In this document: positions 39,754-49,328 of the stretch, in pieces
How positions within the stretch are numbered: the first letter of the stretch is position 1
How the letters are laid out: every line of letters begins with the position of its first letter
Origin: Patescibacteria group bacterium
GTDB lineage: Bacteria > Patescibacteriota > WWE3 > UBA101185 > UBA10185
Direction: 5' to 3'
Length of the DNA stretch: 64,000 nt
Assembly: GCA_026004595.1 (NCBI GenBank)
Contig: BPJL01000006.1
Span: 12,299 to 76,298 of the forward strand
Position numbers and translations under genes: made by a program
The notes under the pieces: model-generated
Databases searched by the model: none
Seen by the model: the letters and a program-made list of their open reading frames with translations, nothing else
What the model was told of the DNA's origin: nothing

Positions 39754-41512
39754 ATGAATGAGAACCGCATCTCCAACAAGGAAGTCGTAGCTCAGCTTAA
39801 AGAGGTGCTTGCGGCCATGGATGTGAAGAATTTTAATGTTTTTAAGGTTCGAGCGTATCAAAATGCGATAGCTATACTAGATAACTTAACGGTTTCAATT
39901 TATGACCTTTGGGAAAACGGCCGACTCAAAGAAATTCCCGGTGTGGGGTCTGGTATATATTCACACCTTGATGAGTTGTTTAAAACAGGGTCGGTTAAAG
40001 AGTTTGAAGCCATAAAAAAAGGCCTTCCAGAAGGGATGTTCGGCCTTATTGGAATACGAGGAATAGGTGCGAGAAAGGCTTTCAAGTTGGCCACTGCTTT
40101 TAAACTTAACGATAGGAATACGGCTGTAGAAAAAGTAAAAGAGCACGCAGAAAAAGGAGACATTCAAAAACTTGAGGGGTTTGGTGAAAAATCCGAGGCC
40201 GATATTCTTGAGGCGATAGCGCAGTTTAAGATGACGAAGAATGAGAAACAGCGCGTCTTGTATTCAAAAGCCGAGGAAACAGTAGAAAGAATTTACACTT
40301 ATATGAAAAAGCTGGATTGTGTAGATGAAATAGAAGCTGCGGGTTCTTTTAGAAGGAAAAATGCAACTATAGGAGATCTTGATATTCCTATTGCAACAAA
40401 TGAACCGGAGAAAGCAATAGATCATTTTTTGATGTTTCCAGAGATTGATGAGGTTCTTGTGAAGGGAGATAAAAAGTGCAGCGTGGTTCTCAAAAATGAT
40501 TTGCAGGTTGATATAAGAGTTTCTACCCCCCAGGCCTACGGTGCCATGTTGCAGTATTTTACTGGTTCCAAACAGCATAACATCCTTCTTAGAAACTTTG
40601 CGCTCGCAAAGAATATGTCGTTGTCCGAGTATGGGATCAAAAAAGGCGGCGATACATACGAGTTTTCAGACGAACCGTCTTTTTATAAATTTTTGGGGCT
40701 TCCTTACATAGAACCTGAACTAAGAAACGGATCAAACGAAATAGAAGCGGCGTTAGAAAATAAACTTCCGAAGTTGATTGAAATTGGAGATATAAGGGGC
40801 GAAGTCCATACTCACACTACTGATTCTGACGGAGTTAATTCTTTGGACGAGATGGTTGCAGCGGCAATATCTTTGGGGGTACCAGTATTTGGGTATTTCC
40901 GATCACGCGCCAAGCGTTACCTCACGTGGGTATAGAGAAGTATCAGAGATAATTAAGAAGAAAAGAGAAGCTATCCAAAAAATAAATGAAAAGCAGGATT
41001 CTATCAAAGTATTCTTCGGTTATGAGGTGAACATCTTGGCAGACGCAACCCTTGGCCTACCTGACGAAATACTGGCAGAATTGGACTATGTAGTGGCTTC
41101 GATTCACACTTCCTTCAATCAAGACAGAGAGCAGATTACCGACCGACTGCTTGCGGCAATAGAGAATCCATATGTAAATATTATCGGACATCCTTCGGGG
41201 CGTCTGCTAAACGAAAGAGACCCGATAGATCCTGCTTGGGACAAGATATTTTTGGCGGCTCGAGATAATGGCAAAATACTGGAGATAAACGCCCAACCCG
41301 ACCGTCTTGATCTTCCAGACGATTTGGTGAAAGAAGCAATACAATGGGGAGTTAAGTTAGTGATAAGTACTGATGCTCATTCAGTAGATCAGTTTTCTTT
41401 TATGAAATATGGTATTTTCAACGCACGCAGAGGGTGGGCGGAGAATAAAAATATAATCAACACGTTGCCGTATGGAGATTTTGTAAAAGAAGCGAACATA
41501 CGCCTTAAGTGA
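39754..41512 (+). pseudogene. DNA polymerase X family (Pol-beta-like nucleotidyltransferase plus PHP phosphoesterase), interrupted by a +1 frameshift in G5 run 40875-40879 (pieces 39754-40935 and 40856-41512)
   Basis: Piece 1 has HhH motifs, the Pol-beta NT motif GSFRRKNATIGDLDI and PHP motif I (GEVHTHTTDSDG). Piece 2 in the +1 frame continues PHP (YQYLGISDHAPS ... ASIHTSF ... STDAHS). Removing one G restores ...AAAISLG-YQYLGISDH... Confidence 0.8.
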
Positions 41513-41569
41513 AATTATGCAAAAAACATATATAATAATATTAGTAAATTTTTGTTAAGGAGGTGTGTT

Positions 41570-42115
41570 ATGGAACTCGTATTAATAGCTGTCATAGGTC
41601 TTGTTATATTTGGTTTTATTTCTGTTTACAACTCTTTGGCGTCTTTGAAGATTAAGATCAAAGAAGCTTGGAGCCAAATTGACGTTCAGCTCAAGAGAAG
41701 GATTGATTTAATCCCCAACTTGGTTGAAACAGTAAAGGGTTACGCTTCGCATGAAAAGGAAGTATTTGAAAAAGTAACCCAGGCTCGTGCCGCTTTGATG
41801 AGCGCGGGAGATGCAAAAACAGCGGGGGAGGCAGATGTACAATTAACATCAGCACTCAAGAGCCTTTTTGCCGTAGCTGAAGCTTACCCGGAGTTAAAGG
41901 CCCAAGAAGGGTTTATCAATCTGCAGAAAGAACTTTCCGACACCGAAGACAAGGTTGCTTATTCAAGACAATTCTTCAATAGCGTGGTTAGGCAATACAA
42001 TGAAAAAATTGTTGTATTTCCGTCAAACTTGATTGCCCAGTTGTTTGGATTTAAGCAGGAAGCGTTCTTTGAGGCTGAAGAAGCTGACAAAGAGCCAGTG
42101 AAGGTAGATTTCTAA
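41570..42115 (+). CDS. LemA family protein
   Basis: N-terminal TM plus LemA signature (ASLKIKIKEAWSQIDVQLKRRIDLIPNLVETVKGYASHEKEVFEKVTQAR). RBS AAGGAGG upstream. Confidence 0.8.
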   Translation: MELVLIAVIGLVIFGFISVYNSLASLKIKIKEAWSQIDVQLKRRIDLIPNLVETVKGYASHEKEVFEKVTQARAALMSAGDAKTAGEADVQLTSALKSLFAVAEAYPELKAQEGFINLQKELSDTEDKVAYSRQFFNSVVRQYNEKIVVFPSNLIAQLFGFKQEAFFEAEEADKEPVKVDF

Positions 42116-42133
42116 TTATTTCATTGGAAAGAA

Positions 42134-42601
42134 ATGGGTAAGCACGTACTGAATGTGAAGGTTGCAGTTTTGGCGTATTTTGAGAAGGACGGCCGGATAT
42201 TACTGCAGAAGAGAAAAAATTCGGGGTGGCGTGACGGATGGTACGGACTTGTTGCCGGGCACGTGGAGAATGACGAGCCTTACAAATCTGCCTTGCGCAG
42301 AGAGGTAAAAGAGGAGGTTGGTGTTGACGTAAGGGAAGAAGATCTGGAATTTGCGCACCTTTTGCTTCTTCCCGCCAAATTGTCTGATTGTCAACGTTTA
42401 TATGTTTATTTTAGGGTAACAAAATGGGAGGGGGAACCTAGCAACGCCGAGCCCGAAAGGTGCGACGATGTTAGATGGTTTGACAAATCCTCTCTTCCTG
42501 AAAACCTGATACCTGTAGTAAAATTCGGTATGGAAAAGATGACGGCTGGAGAGATGTACAGCGAGTTTGGGTGGGAGCCCGGTTATAAAGAAAAGCTATG
42601 A
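42134..42601 (+). CDS. NUDIX hydrolase
   Basis: Nudix box GLVAGHVENDEPYKSALRREVKEEVGVDV (G-x5-E-x7-REU-x-EE-x-GU). Confidence 0.8.
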   Translation: MGKHVLNVKVAVLAYFEKDGRILLQKRKNSGWRDGWYGLVAGHVENDEPYKSALRREVKEEVGVDVREEDLEFAHLLLLPAKLSDCQRLYVYFRVTKWEGEPSNAEPERCDDVRWFDKSSLPENLIPVVKFGMEKMTAGEMYSEFGWEPGYKEKL

Positions 42602-43495
42602 ACATATACCAGCAAATAGACAAAAACAAAAGGGACACGGCAGTTATTATTGCTTTGTTTATGGTTGTTATATCAGCGATTGGGTGGTTTCTCGGTGAAT
42701 ATTTTTATGAGGGTGCTGGAGTTTCATTTCTAGCTGCCGCGCTTATATTTTCCGGAATCTCCGGGATGATTTCATACTACAATTCTGACAAAATTGTTTT
42801 GAGCCTATCCCGCGCGAAGGAGGTAAGTTTTGAGGAAGCCCCTGACTTGCACAAGCTAGTTGAAAATATGAGCATCGCCTCGGGGATACCCAAACCGAGG
42901 ATTTATGTTATAGAAGATTCCTCCATGAATGCTTTTGCTACGGGACGAGACCCCGAACACTCTGTTATATGTTTTACCACGGGTATAATCCAAAGACTGG
43001 AAAAAAGAGAACTTGAAGGTGTTATTGCTCATGAGATGGCTCACATCGGAAATTATGATATTAGACTGATGTCTATAGTTAGTATTTTGGTGGGCACTAT
43101 AATGCTTTTATCTGATTGGTTTACGAGAGGCGCATTTTACGGAGGAGATAGGAAAAGGAGTTCCAACTCAAGTTCGGGTGGAAGCATTTTCTTTTTGGTG
43201 GGGGGTGGTGTTGCTTATTTTAAGTCCGCTAATTGCTACGTTAATAAAGTTGGCAATCAGCCGAAACAGAGAATATTTGGCTGATGCTACAGCAGCTTAT
43301 ATCACAAGGTATCCTAAGGGGTTGGCAGACGCATTGGCAAAGCTGGCTATGGATAAAGAAATTTTGGAGGCGGCAAACGGGGCAACTGCTCATTTGTATA
43401 TTGTGAACCCCATAAAGATTGGTGGAGCAGTTTCAAATCTTTTTTCCACTCACCCGCCGATTGAGGATAGGATAAACCGACTTTTGCAAATGTAA
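42598..43495 (+). pseudogene. htpX: M48 zinc metalloprotease HtpX, interrupted by a +1 frameshift in G6 run 43200-43205 (pieces 42598-43284 and 43178-43495)
   Basis: Piece 1: TM helices, HEMAHIGNYD (HExxH). Piece 2 (+1 frame): LIATLIKLAISRNREYLADA ... STHPPIEDRINRL, the conserved HtpX C-terminal motifs. Deleting one G gives the contiguous ...SIFFLVGVVLLILSPL... Confidence 0.8.
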
Positions 43496-43547
43496 ATAAC
43501 GCTTCTGGCCTTTCATTATCTAGTAAAATCTGCTTTAATAGTAAATT

Positions 43548-43847
43548 ATGGAAGACAGAAAAATCTCCATAGAACAAGTCAAAAAAATTGCTGAGATGTG
43601 CAAGATAGACATTACAGGAGATGAAGAGAAGTTCTCCTATCTTCTTAGTGATACCCTTGAATACGTCAAAATTCTTGATGAATTGGATACTTCAAAAGTG
43701 AGCGAGACATTTCAAGTGACGGGTCTGAGGAACGTATTTCAGGACGGCTCTCAAAAAGCCACACTGCCCAGAGAGGAAGCCCTAAAAAATGCCAAAGAAG
43801 TGATAAATAACCTTATTGCGACGAAAGGAGTTTTTAATCGTGAGTAA
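43548..43847 (+). CDS. gatC: Asp/Glu-tRNA amidotransferase subunit C
   Basis: 99 aa, ISIEQVKKIAEMCKIDITGDEEKFSYLLSDTLEYVKILDELDTSKV is GatC-like; directly precedes gatA. Confidence 0.7.
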   Translation: MEDRKISIEQVKKIAEMCKIDITGDEEKFSYLLSDTLEYVKILDELDTSKVSETFQVTGLRNVFQDGSQKATLPREEALKNAKEVINNLIATKGVFNRE

Positions 43848-45282
43848 ATTAAATGAACTCACTATAAGAAGCGCTTTGGAAGGTTTGAAAAAGAGAGATT
43901 TCAAATCCGAAGATTTGGTGAATGGTTGTTTGGAGCAAATTAAAAAATATGATACGCAGATACACGCTTTCTTGAAAGTGGTTGAGGATCAAGCTTTAGA
44001 GAAGGCCAGAGAAGCAGATGTTGAAATAGTAACCAAGGGAGATACAGCTTTTATAGAAAAACCGTTGTTGGGGATTCCATACGCCGCCAAAGATAACTAT
44101 TCAACGAAAAATATTACCACAACAGCGGCATCCAAGGTTTTAGAAAATTATGTACCCCCTTTTGATGCAACCGCAATTAAAAAATTGAATGATGCGGGCG
44201 CCATACTACTGGGAAAGACAAATTTAGACGCTTTTGCTCACGGTTCTTCAACCGAAACATCTGATTTTGGAACCTCATACAATCCATGGGATCTGTCCAG
44301 GGTTCCGGGCGGATCTTCAGGTGGCTCGGCAGCCGCTGTAGCAGCCCATATGTGCCTTTTTGCTGTAGGAAGCGAGACGGGAGGAAGCACTCGGGGTCCT
44401 GCTTCGTGGTGTGGTGTAACGGGTGTCAAACCTTCATACGGACGAGTAAGTCGTTATGGAATTGTTGCAATGGCTTCGTCTACTGACAGCCCCGGGCCCT
44501 TGACAAAATCAGTAGAGGATTCGGCGCTAGTGCTTAAGGTAATGGCTGGTAAGGACCCTTTTGATGCAACATCGTCTCCCGCCGCAGTACCTGATTATCT
44601 GCACGAAGCCGAGTCTTATGATTTGCGCGGGGTAAAGATCGGACGACCTGTGTCTTTTTTTGAAATGGATCTAGAAGAGGGAACAAAACAAAAGGTTAAC
44701 GAGGCTGTAGAAATTTTTAAAAACCTCGGAGCCGAAATAATTGATGTTGATATGCTAAGTCCAAAATATTCCATCGCAGTTTATACAATTTTGCAGAGAT
44801 CTGAAGTTTCATCTAACCTCGCTCGTTTAGATGGGATTAGATATGGTAATGACCGCGTATCTTTCGGTTTTGAGGCCAAGAAAAGAATGATGCTTGGAGC
44901 GTACACCCTGAGCGCGGGGTATTATGACGCTTACTATGCTAAAGCTCAAAAAGTTAGGACCTTGATAAAAGAAAATTTTGATGAAGTTTTTAGAAAAGTT
45001 GATTTACTAATAGCGCCTTCTATGCCTTGTGTGGCTTTACCGGTTGGGGAAAGCGCAAAATCTCCCATGTTTGGGGAAATGATGGATGTTTTAAACGAAC
45101 CCGCATGTATTGCTGGCGTACCAGGAGTCAGCGTTCCATGCGGATTTGACGAGGGACTGCCAGTAGGTGTTCAAATCATGAGCAAAATGAACGAAGAGCA
45201 AAAGATTTTTGGCGCATTGTTAAAGTTTCAGAAAGCAACAAATTTTCATCTGGAAAAACCGGCGCTGATTAAGGAACAATGA
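43840..45282 (+). CDS. gatA: Asp/Glu-tRNA amidotransferase subunit A (amidase)
   Basis: Amidase signature GGSSGGSAAAVAA, catalytic K (AAKDNY) and S (GSETGGSTR). Probable GTG start at 43840 after RBS AAGGAG (43825-43830); listed ORF starts at 43816. Confidence 0.9.
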   Translation: MSKLNELTIRSALEGLKKRDFKSEDLVNGCLEQIKKYDTQIHAFLKVVEDQALEKAREADVEIVTKGDTAFIEKPLLGIPYAAKDNYSTKNITTTAASKVLENYVPPFDATAIKKLNDAGAILLGKTNLDAFAHGSSTETSDFGTSYNPWDLSRVPGGSSGGSAAAVAAHMCLFAVGSETGGSTRGPASWCGVTGVKPSYGRVSRYGIVAMASSTDSPGPLTKSVEDSALVLKVMAGKDPFDATSSPAAVPDYLHEAESYDLRGVKIGRPVSFFEMDLEEGTKQKVNEAVEIFKNLGAEIIDVDMLSPKYSIAVYTILQRSEVSSNLARLDGIRYGNDRVSFGFEAKKRMMLGAYTLSAGYYDAYYAKAQKVRTLIKENFDEVFRKVDLLIAPSMPCVALPVGESAKSPMFGEMMDVLNEPACIAGVPGVSVPCGFDEGLPVGVQIMSKMNEEQKIFGALLKFQKATNFHLEKPALIKEQ

Positions 45283-45336
45283 TGGGTTTTTTTTAATATT
45301 TTTTTTGGAACAAAAAGCGATAATACGGCTTATCGT

Positions 45337-45678
45337 GTGGTATCGCAGGATACTATGAGAAAGATAAGTGAAGAGTGGGCGAATGTTGAGATTTTATTGA
45401 AAGGAAAATCGCCTTCCCAATTAAGGCAAGCGTTAATTGTTGCCGATAAATGTTTAGATGCGGCGTTGAAAGACATTGTGCCTGGAGAGACAATGGGAGA
45501 AAGGTTGAAAAATGCTATAAGCAGATTTGACAGGTCTGCATACGGGAGAATTTGGGATGCCCACAAACTTAGAAATAGTTTAGTTCACGAAGCAGGATTT
45601 GAACCTCCGTATTTTATGATTAATGAAGCAGTAGCAAATTTGAAAGAGGGGTTGTATAAGCTTGGGGTGAGAATATGA
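45337..45678 (+). CDS. Hypothetical protein with HEPN-like Rx4H motif, inserted between gatA and gatB
   Basis: 113 aa, helical; ...DAHKLRNSLVHEAG carries an R-x4-H motif as in HEPN domains. Weak. Confidence 0.4.
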   Translation: MVSQDTMRKISEEWANVEILLKGKSPSQLRQALIVADKCLDAALKDIVPGETMGERLKNAISRFDRSAYGRIWDAHKLRNSLVHEAGFEPPYFMINEAVANLKEGLYKLGVRI

Positions 45679-47009
45679 ATGAAATGGAATTGTTAGGCAA
45701 ATATAAGTTAGTCGTCGGCATGGAAGTCCATGTCCAGCCAAAAACATCTCAAAAAATGTTTTGCGGTTGCGATGCCGACATTTGGGGTCAGGAACCCAAC
45801 ACCCGTACATGCCCCACCTGCCTGGGATTGCCGGGTGCCCTACCTGTTCCGAACCTGGAAGCTGTGAAAAAAACACAGTTGCTTGGGTTGGCCCTTGGGT
45901 GCAAGCTGAACGAGAACTCAAGATTTGATAGAAAACATTACTTTTATCCCGATCTTCCCAAAGGTTACCAAATAAGCCAATATAAAAAACCACTATGCGA
46001 AAATGGAAAGCTTCTATTAGAAAGCGGGAATTACGCTGATATAGAGAGAGTGCACCTTGAAGAAGATGTCGCGAAGTCATTTCATCAGGGGGGAAAAACA
46101 CTGATTGATTTCAATAAAAGCGGGATCCCCTTGATTGAGGTAGTGACACGCCCGTGTTTCCGTTCTGTAGAAGATGCAGTTGATTACTGCAAGAAACTAC
46201 AGGTAATCTGCAGGTATTTGGAAATAAGTGAGGCAGATATGGAAAAAGGCCAGATGAGGCTCGAAGCAAATATTTCAATACGAACGCTTGAAATGGAAGA
46301 AAAAGATGAACTGCCCCCATATAAGGTGGAAGTGAAAAATATAAATTCGTTCAAATTTATGGAAAAGGCGGTTAAAGCTGAAGTGGTAAGACAAAGGGAA
46401 ATTTGGGAGTCGGGCGGTATGCCGGTGCAGGAAAACAGAGGTTATGATGAATTCAAAAATGTGACGGTTCCTCAAAGGGAAAAAGAGGAAGCTTCGGATT
46501 ATAGATATTTCCCGGAGCCCGATATTCCCCCGATGGTTTTTGATGAAGAATACTTTTTAAATCTAAAAAAGGCGGTGGCGAGGTTGCCGCAGGATTTGAG
46601 AAAAGAAATGGAAGAAAAAGGTGTGGCAAAAGAGCAGAGTAGGATTTTGGTTGAAGTGATGGCTAGAGAAGCCGTTGAGAAGTTTAACGGGTTGGTTGCC
46701 AAAGGTGTTGAAGCAAGAAAAGCTGCCTCTGTATTGATAAATAGGAAAGATTTGTCGTTATTGGGGGTTGAAGAAATAGTTACAAGGATAAATGAGGAAG
46801 GTGTCAGAGTGTCGGATATTGAAGAAATTAGTGAAGTTGTTGAAAATGTAGTTGGGGCGAATCCGCAGGCAGTTTTAGATTATAAGAGTGGAAGGGGTAA
46901 CGCTCTTCAGTTTTTGCTCGGGTGCGTAATGAGAGAAACGAAAGGGAGATCCGACCCCCATGTGGCTTTGGATTTGATCAAGGAACTTATAAATAAAAAT
47001 GTAAAATAA
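45675..47009 (+). CDS. gatB: Asp/Glu-tRNA amidotransferase subunit B
   Basis: N-terminus LVVGMEVHVQPKTSQKMFCGCDADIWGQEPNTRTCPTCLGLPGALPVPN is canonical GatB; C-terminal YqeY-like tail. Confidence 0.9.
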   Translation: MNEMELLGKYKLVVGMEVHVQPKTSQKMFCGCDADIWGQEPNTRTCPTCLGLPGALPVPNLEAVKKTQLLGLALGCKLNENSRFDRKHYFYPDLPKGYQISQYKKPLCENGKLLLESGNYADIERVHLEEDVAKSFHQGGKTLIDFNKSGIPLIEVVTRPCFRSVEDAVDYCKKLQVICRYLEISEADMEKGQMRLEANISIRTLEMEEKDELPPYKVEVKNINSFKFMEKAVKAEVVRQREIWESGGMPVQENRGYDEFKNVTVPQREKEEASDYRYFPEPDIPPMVFDEEYFLNLKKAVARLPQDLRKEMEEKGVAKEQSRILVEVMAREAVEKFNGLVAKGVEARKAASVLINRKDLSLLGVEEIVTRINEEGVRVSDIEEISEVVENVVGANPQAVLDYKSGRGNALQFLLGCVMRETKGRSDPHVALDLIKELINKNVK

Positions 47010-47013
47010 AATA

Positions 47014-47058
47014 GGCCGCAAAGTAGAAAGATGTTTATTCTACAATGCGGCCCTGTTT
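47014..47058 (+). terminator. Rho-independent terminator-like hairpin after gatB
   Basis: GGCCGCA (47014-47020) pairs with TGCGGCC (47046-47052), followed by CTGTTT. Confidence 0.45.
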
Positions 47059-47430
47059 GAAAGGTGTTATTGCGTTATTCGGTAGATGATTTCAAGGATT
47101 CCGAGGACAACGAGCACTGTACCTATTACATCCCTGGGCTTATCCTGGGAAATCTTCACAACCGCTCAGGCGATAATCTGCAGTATGAGAAGGATTGTGT
47201 AAATCCAAGCCGGAGTAGCTGTGGCAATTATGGTTACGAAATAATGGAAGACCAAGAGAGCCGCTATTGTGAAAAGTATAAGATTACACCAGTGTACTTA
47301 TTCTAGTTATCTATCATTTTTATCTTTTGAATATTGTTAATATTAACATTCTTTACGTTTCAGGTTAATACATACCGTCCCGCGGCAAGGTTGGGTAATA
47401 TATAAAACTCAAGGTGGTATCATATACGAG

Positions 47431-49278
47431 ATGGTACTGAAATTTGATCCGACAAGTCCTCAATATGAACATATAACAACTTTAAATCAGGCTAATAAAG
47501 CCCTTGAAGAATTGGAAAAAAACAAGGTTGTGGGTGTGGACATAGAAGGTACAGGGCTTGATCCATATACTTCAACTCTGCTTTTGTTGCAGATTGGCAC
47601 TGAAACAAAAAGCTATATTTTTGACGCGCGCATCCTTAACCTAAAAGAACTACCCAGACTTAAGGAGTTTCTTGAGAACAAAAAAATATTAAAACTTCTT
47701 CATAACGGAAAGTTTGACTATCGCCACATAAAAATTCATGTGGGTGCAGAAATGGATAATTTGTACGACACAATGTTAGCCGAAGTCATACTTAATGCTG
47801 GTATCGGCCGAGGTTACTACTCACTAAAAGATCTTGCGAGGAAATATACAAATACTGAACTAAAAAAAGATGTGAGAGAAACATTTGAGGGTGTTACGAC
47901 GAGATCAAAAATTACAGAGGAACAGCTAAAGTACGCCGCTTCTGATACTTTGATACTCTTTCCAATATTTGACCAGCAGCTTGTAAAGGTTAAGCAAGAA
48001 GGTTTATTGAATGTAGCTAAACTTGAATTTGCGGCTACACGTGCAGTAGCAGAAATGGAATTAAAAGGAATCTATATCAATGAAGAAAAATGGCGCGAGA
48101 TAATGAGAAATCTTGCAGAAAAGAGAAATGCAATAGCAAAAGAATTTCAGGAGGCCGTTCGTCCATATTACACTCACAACATGATAGATTTGTTCGGCAA
48201 TCACGCTGATTCTATTAACATCAATAGCCAGCAGCAGCTTATGGATCTTTTCAATAATAAATTGGATCTGAATCTTCCTTCCACAGGTGACGCTATTTTG
48301 GCTACTGTTAACCACCCTGTTGTAAAGCTTTTAAGAAACTACCGCGGTTATGAAAAATTGCTTTCGGCATTTGGCGAAGGTCTTCTTGAAAAAATAAATC
48401 CGGTTACTAAGCGTCTGCATCCGGAGTTTAACCAGCTTGGAACAGCTACTGGAAGATTTTCGTGCAACAATCCCAATCTTCAGCAGATTCCGAGAAATTC
48501 AGATGAGGCGCCGTTTAGAACTTGCTTCAACCCCCAGCCGGGTTATAAATTAGTGACTGCAGACTACTCCTCTTTTGAAATGCGAATTTTGGCAGAGCTG
48601 TCGGGAGACGCAAAAATGATAAAAGCCTTGAACGATGGCTTGGATATTCACTCTTACACTGCTTCATTAATGTTTAACGTGCCTTATAGCGAAGATTTTA
48701 AAAAGAAATACCCAGCCTTAAGGCAAATTGCTAAACCTATCGGATTTGGTCTTATGTATGGAATGGGACCTGTTGGTTTAGCGGCGAGGCTTGAGAATGA
48801 AACAGGAAAACCTGTATCAAGAGAGCAGGGAGAGGACTACATGAACAGATATTTTGCAAGCTACCCAAGCGTTAAAAGTTATCTTGAAAGAACGGCAAAA
48901 AAAGCTGTTCAAGATGGTTACAGCACTACGCCTCTAGGGAGGAAAAGATGGTATGAACGCCCGGTAAAAGACGACCCAGATTTTAGAAAGAAAGTTTCGC
49001 GAATTGAAAGGGAGGCCAAAAACCATCCGATTCAAGGTACAAACGCCGATGCCATTAAATACGCTCTGATCTTTCTAAACGAAAGGTTTAAGAAAGAGGG
49101 AATTGACGGCGGCCTTACTTTAACTGTTCACGATGAGATTGTATCGGAAGTGGAGGCTGACAAGGCGGAATATTGGGCTGAGGTGCAATCTCAAGAAATG
49201 GTCAGGGCGGCCGAGCTTTTTATCAAAAGGGTAAAGATAGAGAGTGAGCCGTTTGTTGGAGATGTTTGGGAGCACTAA
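47431..49278 (+). CDS. polA: DNA polymerase I, Klenow-like (3'-5' exonuclease plus polymerase; no 5' nuclease domain)
   Basis: Exo motif [23 protein letters not shown]; polymerase motif A ([15 protein letters not shown]), O-helix ([16 protein letters not shown]), motif C ([11 protein letters not shown]). RBS AAGGTGG. Confidence 0.9.
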   Translation: MVLKFDPTSPQYEHITTLNQANKALEELEKNKVVGVDIEGTGLDPYTSTLLLLQIGTETKSYIFDARILNLKELPRLKEFLENKKILKLLHNGKFDYRHIKIHVGAEMDNLYDTMLAEVILNAGIGRGYYSLKDLARKYTNTELKKDVRETFEGVTTRSKITEEQLKYAASDTLILFPIFDQQLVKVKQEGLLNVAKLEFAATRAVAEMELKGIYINEEKWREIMRNLAEKRNAIAKEFQEAVRPYYTHNMIDLFGNHADSININSQQQLMDLFNNKLDLNLPSTGDAILATVNHPVVKLLRNYRGYEKLLSAFGEGLLEKINPVTKRLHPEFNQLGTATGRFSCNNPNLQQIPRNSDEAPFRTCFNPQPGYKLVTADYSSFEMRILAELSGDAKMIKALNDGLDIHSYTASLMFNVPYSEDFKKKYPALRQIAKPIGFGLMYGMGPVGLAARLENETGKPVSREQGEDYMNRYFASYPSVKSYLERTAKKAVQDGYSTTPLGRKRWYERPVKDDPDFRKKVSRIEREAKNHPIQGTNADAIKYALIFLNERFKKEGIDGGLTLTVHDEIVSEVEADKAEYWAEVQSQEMVRAAELFIKRVKIESEPFVGDVWEH

Positions 49279-49328
49279 CTCCAAAATTATTCTTGCACTC
49301 CACCACATCGAGTGCTAATATACTAAAC

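Noticed and set aside
47064-47306. Listed + ORF of 80 aa between the gatB terminator and polA
   Set aside because: No RBS, Cys/Tyr-rich odd composition, no motif. The only minus-strand alternative is a 32-aa TTG-initiated hydrophobic peptide, too speculative to call.
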